Shown: in pieces, positions 53,246 through 64,000 of the stretch
Position numbering within the stretch: position 1 is the first letter of the stretch
Layout: every line of letters starts with the position of its first letter
Assembly: GCA_964057225.1 (NCBI GenBank)
Contig: CAXKVF010000087.1
Span: 1-64,000, forward strand
Origin: Auanema rhodensis
Lineage: Eukaryota > Animalia > Nematoda
Reading direction: 5' to 3'
Length of the DNA: 64,000 bases
Position numbers and translations under genes: made by a program
Notes under the pieces: model-generated
What the model was told of the DNA's origin: nothing
The model's input: only the letters and a program-made list of their open reading frames with translations
Databases searched by the model: none

Positions 53246-56200
53246 CATGGTAACCATGACTTTGAAATTTACGTGAACTTTAATTTATGCTAATTAAATG
53301 TACACGTGATGTGCACTTGGTATGTAACTCGCTTCACGTGAAAGATAAAGAGATGCGGTTTTCAAAATTAGATTCCCCATGTCCATATTAGTCTAAAAAC
53401 AAATTTTTATTGATATTGGTGCATGGTAACCATGACTTTGAAATTTACGTGAACTTTAATTTATGCTAATTAAATGTACACGTGATGTGCACTTGGTATG
53501 TAACTCGCTTCACGTGAAAGATAAAGAGATGCGGTTTTCAAAATTAGATTCCCCATGTCCATATTAGTTTAAAAACAAATTTTTATTGATATTGGTGCAT
53601 GGTAACCATGACTTTGAAATTTACGTGAACTTTAATTTATGCTAATTAAATGTACACGTGATGTGCACTTGGTATGTAACTCGCTTCACGTGAAAAATGA
53701 AGAGATGCGGTTTTCAAAATTAGATTCCCCATGTCCATATTAGTCTAAAAACAAATTTTTATTGATATTGGTTCATGGTAACCATGACTTTGAAATTTAC
53801 GTGAACTTTAATTTATGCTAATTAAATGTACACGTGATGTGCACTTGGTATGTAACTCGCTTCACGTGAAAGATAAGGAGATGCGGTTTTCAAAATTAGA
53901 TTCCCCATGTCCATATTAGTCTAAAAACAAATTTTTATTGATATTGGTGCATGGTAACCATGACTTTGAAATTTACGTGAACTTTAATTTATGCTAATTA
54001 AATGTACACGTGATGTGCACTTGGTATGTAACTCGCTTCACGTGAAAGATAAAGAGATGCGGTTTTCAAAATTAGATTCCCCATGTCCATATTAGTCTAA
54101 AAACAAATTGTTATTGATATTGGTTCATGGTAACCATGACTTTGAAATTTACGTGAACTTTAATTTATGCTAATTAAATGTACACGTGATGTGCACTTGG
54201 TATGTAACTCGCTTCACGTGAAAGATAAAGAGATGCGGTTTTCAAAATTAGATTCCCCATGTCCATATTAGTCTAAAAACAAATTTTTATTGATATTGGT
54301 TCATGGTAACCATGACTTTGAAATTTACGTGAACTTTAATTTATGCTAATTAAATGTACACGTGATGTGCACTTGGTATGTAACTCGCTTCACGTGAAAG
54401 ATAAAGAGATGCGGTTTTCAAAATTAGATTCCCCATGTCCATATTAGTCTAAAAACAAATTTTTATTGATATTGGTGCATGGTAACCATGACTTTGAAAT
54501 TTACGTGAACTTTAATTTATGCTAATTAAATGTACACGTGATGTGCACTTGGTATGTAACTCGCTTCACGTGAAAGATAAGGAGATGCGGTTTTCAAAAT
54601 TAGATTCCCCATGTCCATATTAGTCTAAAAACAAATTTTTATTGATATTGGTGCATGGTAACCATGACTTTGAAATTTACGTGAACTTTAATTTATGCTA
54701 ATTAAATGTACACGTGATGTGCACTTGGTATGTAACTCGCTTCACGTGAAAGATAAAGAGATGCGGTTTTCAAAATTAGATTCCCCATGTCCATATTAGT
54801 CTAAAAACAAATTGTTATTGATATTGGTTCATGGTAACCATGACTTTGAAATTTACGTGAACTTTAATTTATGCTAATTAAATGTACACGTGATGTGCAC
54901 TTGGTATGTAACTCGCTTCACGTGAAAGATAAAGAGATGCGGTTTTCAAAATTAGATTCCCCATGTCCATATTAGTCTAAAAACAAATTTTTATTGATAT
55001 TGGTGCATGGTAACCATGACTTTGAAATTTACGTGAACTTTAATTTATGCTAATTAAATGTACACGTGATGTGCACTTGGTATGTAACTCGCTTCACGTG
55101 AAAGATAAAGAGATGCGGTTTTCAAAATTAGATTCCCCATGTCCATATTAGTCTAAAAACAAATTTTTATTGATATTGGTGCATGGTAACCATGACTTTG
55201 AAATTTACGTGAACTTTAATTTATGCTAATTAAATGTACACGTGATGTGCACTTGGTATGTAACTCGCTTCACGTGAAAGATAAAGAGATGCGGTTTTCA
55301 AAATTAGATTCCCCATGTCCATATTAGTTTAAAAACAAATTTTTATTGATATTGGTGCATGGTAACCATGACTTTGAAATTTACGTGAACTTTAATTTAT
55401 GCTAATTAAATGTACACGTGATGTGCACTTGGTATGTAACTCGCTTCACGTGAAAAATGAAGAGATGCGGTTTTCAAAATTAGATTCCCCATGTCCATAT
55501 TAGTCTAAAAACAAATTTTTATTGATATTGGTTCATGGTAACCATGACTTTGAAATTTACGTGAACTTTAATTTATGCTAATTAAATGTACACGTGATGT
55601 GCACTTGGTATGTAACTCGCTTCACGTGAAAGATAAGGAGATGCGGTTTTCAAAATTAGATTCCCCATGTCCATATTAGTCTAAAAACAAATTTTTATTG
55701 ATATTGGTGCATGGTAACCATGACTTTGAAATTTACGTGAACTTTAATTTATGCTAATTAAATGTACACGTGATGTGCACTTGGTATGTAACTCGCTTCA
55801 CGTGAAAGATAAAGAGATGCGGTTTTCAAAATTAGATTCCCCATGTCCATATTAGTCTAAAAACAAATTGTTATTGATATTGGTTCATGGTAACCATGAC
55901 TTTGAAATTTACGTGAACTTTAATTTATGCTAATTAAATGTACACGTGATGTGCACTTGGTATGTAACTCGCTTCACGTGAAAGATAAAGAGATGCGGTT
56001 TTCAAAATTAGATTCCCCATGTCCATATTAGTCTAAAAACAAATTTTTATTGATATTGGTTCATGGTAACCATGACTTTGAAATTTACGTGAACTTTAAT
56101 TTATGCTAATTAAATGTACACGTGATGTGCACTTGGTATGTAACTCGCTTCACGTGAAAGATAAAGAGATGCGGTTTTCAAAATTAGATTCCCCATGTCC

Positions 56201-57044
56201 ATATTAGTCTAAAAACAAATTTTTATTGATATTGGTGCATGGTAACCATGACTTTGAAATTTACGTGAACTTTAATTTATGCTAATTAAATGTACACGTG
56301 ATGTGCACTTGGTATGTAACTCGCTTCACGTGAAAGATAAGGAGATGCGGTTTTCAAAATTAGATTCCCCATGTCCATATTAGTCTAAAAACAAATTTTT
56401 ATTGATATTGGTGCATGGTAACCATGACTTTGAAATTTACGTGAACTTTAATTTATGCTAATTAAATGTACACGTGATGTGCACTTGGTATGTAACTCGC
56501 TTCACGTGAAAGATAAAGAGATGCGGTTTTCAAAATTAGATTCCCCATGTCCATATTAGTCTAAAAACAAATTGTTATTGATATTGGTTCATGGTAACCA
56601 TGACTTTGAAATTTACGTGAACTTTAATTTATGCTAATTAAATGTACACGTGATGTGCACTTGGTATGTAACTCGCTTCACGTGAAAGATAAAGAGATGC
56701 GGTTTTCAAAATTAGATTCCCCATGTCCATATTAGTCTAAAAACAAATTTTTATTGATATTGGTGCATGGTAACCATGACTTTGAAATTTACGTGAACTT
56801 TAATTTATGCTAATTAAATGTACACGTGATGTGCACTTGGTATGTAACTCGCTTCACGTGAAAGATAAAGAGATGCGGTTTTCAAAATTAGATTCCCCAT
56901 GTCCATATTAGTCTAAAAACAAATTTTTATTGATATTGGTGCATGGTAACCATGACTTTGAAATTTACGTGAACTTTAATTTATGCTAATTAAATGTACA
57001 CGTGATGTGCACTTGGTATGTAACTCGCTTCACGTGAAAGATAA
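53246..57044 (+). repeat. About 2 tandem copies of a 10-monomer unit (1760 bp)
   Basis: Shared variants at 53696/55456, 54110/55870 and 54814/56574, with matching AAGGAG and G/T patterns. Confidence 0.8.
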
Positions 57045-57645
57045 GGAGATGCGGTTTTCAAAATTAGATTCCCCATGTCCATATTAGTCTAAAAACAAAT
57101 TTTTATTGATATTGGTGCATGGTAACCATGACTTTGAAATTTACGTGAACTTTAATTTATGCTAATTAAATGTACACGTGATGTGCACTTGGTATGTAAC
57201 TCGCTTCACGTGAAAGATAAAGAGATGCGGTTTTCAAAATTAGATTCCCCATGTCCATATTAGTCTAAAAACAAATTGTTATTGATATTGGTTCATGGTA
57301 ACCATGACTTTGAAATTTACGTGAACTTTAATTTATGCTAATTAAATGTACACGTGATGTGCACTTGGTATGTAACTCGCTTCACGTGAAAGATAAAGAG
57401 ATGCGGTTTTCAAAATTAGATTCCCCATGTCCATATTAGTCTAAAAACAAATTTTTATTGATATTGGTGCATAGTAACCATGACTTTGAAATTTACGTGA
57501 ACTTTAATTTATGCTAATTAAATGTACACGTGATGTGCACTTGGTATGTAACTCGCTTCACGTGAAAGATAAAGAGATGCGGTTTTCAAAATTAGATTCC
57601 CCATGTCCATATTAGTTTAAAAACAAATTTTTATTGATATTGGTG

Positions 57646-60600
57646 CATGGTAACCATGACTTTGAAATTTACGTGAACTTTAATTTATGCTAATTAAATG
57701 TACACGTGATGTGCACTTGGTATGTAACTCGCTTCACGTGAAAGATAAAGAGATGCGGTTTTCAAAATTAGATTCCCCATGTCCATATTAGTCTAAAAAC
57801 AAATTTTTATTGATATTGGTGCATGGTAACCATGACTTTGAAATTTACGTGAACTTTAATTTATGCTAATTAAATGTACACGTGATGTGCACTTGGTATG
57901 TAACTCGCTTCACGTGAAAGATAAAGAGATGCGGTTTTCAAAATTAGATTCCCCATGTCCATATTAGTCTAAAAACAAATTTTTATTGATATTGGTTCAT
58001 GGTAACCATGACTTTGAAATTTACGTGAACTTTAATTTATGCTAATTAAATGTACACGTGATGTGCACTTGGTATGTAACTCGCTTCACGTGAAAGATAA
58101 AGAGATGCGGTTTTCAAAATTAGATTCCCCATGTCCATATTAGTCTAAAAACAAATTTTTATTGATATTGGTGCATGGTAACCATGACTTTGAAATTTAC
58201 GTGAACTTTAATTTATGCTAATTAAATGTACACGTGATGTGCACTTGGTATGTAACTCGCTTCACGTGAAAAATGAAGAGATACGGTTTTCAAAATTAGA
58301 TTCCCCATGTCCATATTAGTCTAAAAACAAATTTTTATTGATATTGGTGCATGGTAACCATGACTTTGAAATTTACGTGAACTTTAATTTATGCTAATTA
58401 AATGTACACGTGATGTGCACTTGGTATGTAACTCGCTTCACGTGAGAGATAAGGAGATGCGGTTTTCAAAATTAGATTCCCCATGTCCATATTAGTCTAA
58501 AAACAAATTTTTATTGATATTGGTGCATGGTAACCATGACTTTGAAATTTACGTGAACTTTAATTTATGCTAATTAAATGTACACGTGATGTGCACTTGG
58601 TATGTAACTCGCTTCACGTGAAAAATGAAGAGATACGGTTTTCAAAATTAGATTCCCCATGTCCATATTAGTCTAAAAACAAATTTTTATTGATATTGGT
58701 GCATGGTAACCATGACTTTGAAATTTACGTGAACTTTAATTTATGCTAATTAAATGTACACGTGATGTGCACTTGGTATGTAACTCGCTTCACGTGAAAA
58801 ATGAAGAGATACGGTTTTCAAAATTAGATTCCCCATGTCCATATTAGTCTAAAAACAAATTTTTATTGATATTGGTGCATGGTAACCATGACTTTGAAAT
58901 TTACGTGAACTTTAATTTATGCTAATTAAATGTACACGTGATGTGCACTTGGTATGTAACTCGCTTCACGTGAAAGATAAGGAGATGCGGTTTTCAAAAT
59001 TAGATTCCCCATGTCCATATTAGTCGAAAAACAAATTTTTATTGATATTGGTGCATGGTAACCATGACTTTGAAATTTACGTGAACTTTAATTTATGCTA
59101 ATTAAATGTACACGTGATGTGCACTTGGTATGTAACTCGCTTCACGTGAAAGATAAAGAGATGCGCTTTTCAAAATTAGATTCCCCATGTCCATATTAGT
59201 CTAAAAACAAATTTTTATTGATATTGGTTCATGGTAACCATGACTTTGAAATTTACGTGAACTTTAATTTATGCTAATTAAATGTACACGTGATGTGCAC
59301 TTGGTATGTAACTCGCTTCACGTGAAAGATAAAGAGATGCGGTTTTCAAAATTAGATTCCCCATGTCCATATTAGTCTAAAAACAAATTTTTATTGATAT
59401 TGGTTCATGGTAACCATGACTTTGAAATTTACGTGAACTTTAATTTATGCTAATTAAATGTACACGTGATGTGCACTTGGTATGTAACTCGCTTCACGTG
59501 AAAGTTAAAGAGATGCGGTTTTCAAAATTAGATTCCCCATGTCCATATTAGTCTAAAAACAAATTTTTATTGATATTGGTGCATGGTAACCATGACTTTG
59601 AAATTTACGTGAACTTTAATTTATGCTAATTAAATGTACACGTGATGTGCACTTGGTATGTAACTCGCTTCACGTGAAAGATAAAGAGATGCGGTTTTCA
59701 AAATTAGATTCCCCATGTCCATATTAGTTTAAAAACAAATTTTTATTGATATTGGTGCATGGTAACCATGACTTTGAAATTTACGTGAACTTTAATTTAT
59801 GCTAATTAAATGTACACGTGATGTGCACTTGGTATGTAACTCGCTTCACGTGAAAGATAAAGAGATGCGGTTTTCAAAATTAGATTCCCCATGTCCATAT
59901 TAGTCTAAAAACAAATTTTTATTGATATTGGTGCATGGTAACCATGACTTTGAAATTTACGTGAACTTTAATTTATGCTAATTAAATGTACACGTGATGT
60001 GCACTTGGTATGTAACTCGCTTCACGTGAAAAATGAAGAGATACGGTTTTCAAAATTAGATTCCCCATGTCCATATTAGTCTAAAAACAAATTTTTATTG
60101 ATATTGGTTCATGGTAACCATGACTTTGAAATTTACGTGAACTTTAATTTATGCTAATTAAATGTACACGTGATGTGCACTTGGTATGTAACTCGCTTCA
60201 CGTGAAAGATAAAGAGATGCGGTTTTCAAAATTAGATTCCCCATGTCCATATTAGTCTAAAAACAAATTTTTATTGATATTGGTGCATGGTAACCATGAC
60301 TTTGAAATTTACGTGAACTTTAATTTATGCTAATTAAATGTACACGTGATGTGCACTTGGTATGTAACTCGCTTCACGTGAAAGATAAAGAGATGCGGTT
60401 TTCAAAATTAGATTCCCCATGTCCATATTAGTCTAAAAACAAATTTTTATTGATATTGGTGCATGGTAACCATGACTTTGAAATTTACGTGAACTTTAAT
60501 TTATGCTAATTAAATGTACACGTGATGTGCACTTGGTATGTAACTCGCTTCACGTGAAAGATAAAGAGATGCGGTTTTCAAAATTAGATTCCCCATGTCC

Positions 60601-62924
60601 ATATTAGTCTAAAAACAAATTTTTATTGATATTGGTTCATGGTAACCATGACTTTGAAATTTACGTGAACTTTAATTTATGCTAATTAAATGTACACGTG
60701 ATGTGCACTTGGTATGTAACTCGCTTCACGTGAAAGATAAAGAGATGCGGTTTTCAAAATTAGATTCCCCATGTCCATATTAGTCTAAAAACAAATTTTT
60801 ATTGATATTGGTGCATGGTAACCATGACTTTGAAATTTACGTGAACTTTAATTTATGCTAATTAAATGTACACGTGATGTGCACTTGGTATGTAACTCGC
60901 TTCACGTGAAAGATAAAGAGATGCGGTTTTCAAAATTAGATTCCCCATGTCCATATTAGTCTAAAAACAAATTTTTATTGATATTGGTTCATGGTAACCA
61001 TGACTTTGAAATTTACGTGAACTTTAATTTATGCTAATTAAATGTACACGTGATGTGCACTTGGTATGTAACTCGCTTCACGTGAAAGATAAAGAGATGC
61101 GGTTTTCAAAATTAGATTCCCCATGTCCATATTAGTCTAAAAACAAATTTTTATTGATATTGGTGCATGGTAACCATGACTTTGAAATTTACGTGAACTT
61201 TAATTTATGCTAATTAAATGTACACGTGATGTGCACTTGGTATGTAACTCGCTTCACGTGAAAAATGAAGAGATACGGTTTTCAAAATTAGATTCCCCAT
61301 GTCCATATTAGTCTAAAAACAAATTTTTATTGATATTGGTGCATGGTAACCATGACTTTGAAATTTACGTGAACTTTAATTTATGCTAATTAAATGTACA
61401 CGTGATGTGCACTTGGTATGTAACTCGCTTCACGTGAGAGATAAGGAGATGCGGTTTTCAAAATTAGATTCCCCATGTCCATATTAGTCTAAAAACAAAT
61501 TTTTATTGATATTGGTGCATGGTAACCATGACTTTGAAATTTACGTGAACTTTAATTTATGCTAATTAAATGTACACGTGATGTGCACTTGGTATGTAAC
61601 TCGCTTCACGTGAAAAATGAAGAGATACGGTTTTCAAAATTAGATTCCCCATGTCCATATTAGTCTAAAAACAAATTTTTATTGATATTGGTGCATGGTA
61701 ACCATGACTTTGAAATTTACGTGAACTTTAATTTATGCTAATTAAATGTACACGTGATGTGCACTTGGTATGTAACTCGCTTCACGTGAAAAATGAAGAG
61801 ATACGGTTTTCAAAATTAGATTCCCCATGTCCATATTAGTCTAAAAACAAATTTTTATTGATATTGGTGCATGGTAACCATGACTTTGAAATTTACGTGA
61901 ACTTTAATTTATGCTAATTAAATGTACACGTGATGTGCACTTGGTATGTAACTCGCTTCACGTGAAAGATAAGGAGATGCGGTTTTCAAAATTAGATTCC
62001 CCATGTCCATATTAGTCGAAAAACAAATTTTTATTGATATTGGTGCATGGTAACCATGACTTTGAAATTTACGTGAACTTTAATTTATGCTAATTAAATG
62101 TACACGTGATGTGCACTTGGTATGTAACTCGCTTCACGTGAAAGATAAAGAGATGCGCTTTTCAAAATTAGATTCCCCATGTCCATATTAGTCTAAAAAC
62201 AAATTTTTATTGATATTGGTTCATGGTAACCATGACTTTGAAATTTACGTGAACTTTAATTTATGCTAATTAAATGTACACGTGATGTGCACTTGGTATG
62301 TAACTCGCTTCACGTGAAAGATAAAGAGATGCGGTTTTCAAAATTAGATTCCCCATGTCCATATTAGTCTAAAAACAAATTTTTATTGATATTGGTTCAT
62401 GGTAACCATGACTTTGAAATTTACGTGAACTTTAATTTATGCTAATTAAATGTACACGTGATGTGCACTTGGTATGTAACTCGCTTCACGTGAAAGTTAA
62501 AGAGATGCGGTTTTCAAAATTAGATTCCCCATGTCCATATTAGTCTAAAAACAAATTTTTATTGATATTGGTGCATGGTAACCATGACTTTGAAATTTAC
62601 GTGAACTTTAATTTATGCTAATTAAATGTACACGTGATGTGCACTTGGTATGTAACTCGCTTCACGTGAAAGATAAAGAGATGCGGTTTTCAAAATTAGA
62701 TTCCCCATGTCCATATTAGTTTAAAAACAAATTTTTATTGATATTGGTGCATGGTAACCATGACTTTGAAATTTACGTGAACTTTAATTTATGCTAATTA
62801 AATGTACACGTGATGTGCACTTGGTATGTAACTCGCTTCACGTGAAAGATAAAGAGATGCGGTTTTCAAAATTAGATTCCCCATGTCCATATTAGTCTAA
62901 AAACAAATTTTTATTGATATTGGT
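57646..62924 (+). repeat. Block duplication at 17-monomer offset (2992 bp): 57646-59932 vs 60638-62924
   Basis: Shared variants at 58283/61275 (ATACGG), 58446/61438 (GTGAGAG), 59026/62018 (GTCGAA), 59166/62158 (GCGCTT), 59505/62497 (AAGTTAA). Confidence 0.9.
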
Positions 62925-64000
62925 TCATGGTAACCATGACTTTGAAATTTACATGAACTTTAATTTATGCTAATTAAATGTACACGTGATGTGCACTTGG
63001 TATGTAACTCGCTTCACGTGAAAGATAAAGAGATGCGATTTTCAAAATTAGATTCCCTATGTCCATATTAGTCTAAAAACAAATTTTTATTGATATTGGT
63101 GCATGGTAACCATGACTTTGAAAGTTACGTGAACTTTAATTTATGCTAATTAAATGTACACGTGATGTGCACTTGGTATGTAACTCGCTTCACGTGAAAG
63201 ATAAAGAGATGCGGTTTTCAAAATTAGATTCCCCATGTCCATATTAGTCTAAAAACAAATTTTTATTGATATTGGTTCATGGTAACCATGACTTTGAAAT
63301 TTACGTGAACTTTAATTTATGCTAATTAAATGTACACGTGATGTGCACTTGATATGTAACTCGCTTCACGTGAAAGATAAAGAGATGCGGTTTTCAAAAT
63401 TAGATTCCCCATGTCCATATTAGTCTAAAAACAAATTTTTATTGATATTGGTGCATGGTAACCATGACTTTGAAATTTACGTGAACTTTAATTTATGCTA
63501 ATTAAATGTACACGTGATGTGCACTTGGTATGTAACTCGCTTCACGTGAAAGATGAAGAGATGCGGTTTTCAAAATTAGATTCCCCATGTCCATATTAGT
63601 CTAAAAACAAATTTTTATTGACATTGGTGCATGGTAACCATGACTTTGAAATTTACGTGAACTTTAATTTATGCTAATTAAATGTACACGTGATGTGCAC
63701 TTGGTATGTAACTCGCTTCACGTGAAAGATAAAGAGATGCGGTTTTCAAAATTAGATTCCCCATGTCCATATTAGTCTAAAAACAAATTTTTATTGATAT
63801 TGGTGCATGGTAACCATGACTTTGAAATTTACGTGAACTTTAATTTATGCTAATTAAATGTACACGTGATGTGCACTTGGTATGTAACTCGCTTCACGTG
63901 AAAGATGAAGAGATGCGGTTTTCAAAATTAGATTCCCCATGTCCATATTAGTCTAAAAACAAATTTTTATTGATATTGGTGCATGGTAACCATGACTTTG

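Larger units (their letters stand above)
894..64000 (+). repeat. 176-bp satellite DNA tandem array, ~358.6 copies, continuing beyond the window; candidate centromeric/pericentromeric satellite
   Basis: AAAGATAAAG starts at 895, 1071, 1247 and so on. Line phase repeats every 2640 bp (15x176) at 901, 3541, 6181, 8821, 11461, 14101. Phase shifts by 1 bp only at ~14.46 kb and ~18.15 kb. The centromeric role is inferred from size and homogeneity only; confidence refers to the repeat call. Confidence 0.99.

Noticed and set aside
894-64000. CRISPR array or repeat-spacer system
   Set aside because: There are no unique spacers. The full 176 bp repeats with only point variants, and no cas genes are present.
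894-64000. Repetitive protein-coding ORF
   Set aside because: 176 is not a multiple of 3, so any reading frame cycles through all phases and meets the many TAA/TAG/TGA codons on both strands.
894-64000. Variant pattern as an information-bearing code
   Set aside because: The order of variants is adequately explained by nested block duplications. Nothing suggests a readout mechanism.

Overview
This window has no recognisable genes. It shows the edge of a very homogeneous, eukaryote-type satellite DNA array. Bases 1-511 are AT-rich flanking DNA with no match to the satellite. Bases 512-892 hold about 2.2 copies of a 176-bp monomer on the minus strand. From ~894 to 64000 there are about 358.6 head-to-tail plus-strand copies, and the array runs off the window end. 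The monomer consensus (1071-1246) is AAAGATAAAGAGATGCGGTTTTCAAAATTAGATTCCCCATGTCCATATTAGTCTAAAAACAAATTTTTATTGATATTGGTGCATGGTAACCATGACTTTGAAATTTACGTGAACTTTAATTTATGCTAATTAAATGTACACGTGATGTGCACTTGGTATGTAACTCGCTTCACGTG. It is ~32% GC by hand count. Copies usually differ from consensus at 0-3 positions, and only two net 1-bp deletions occur in 63 kb. Rare variants reveal local block duplications with periods of 7, 10, 11, 12, 14, 15, 17, 21 and 27 monomers, and two variant domains that switch at ~32-33.6 kb. The monomer is rich in dyad symmetry and carries three phased ACGTGA motifs, two of them full CACGTG E-boxes. The inverted edge block shares a variant otherwise seen alone only ~63 kb away. Monomer size and homogeneity would fit a centromeric or pericentromeric satellite, but that is inference. 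I cannot identify the organism or satellite family, and I see no evidence of a novel gene-encoded system. All variant positions were read by eye and should be confirmed computationally.
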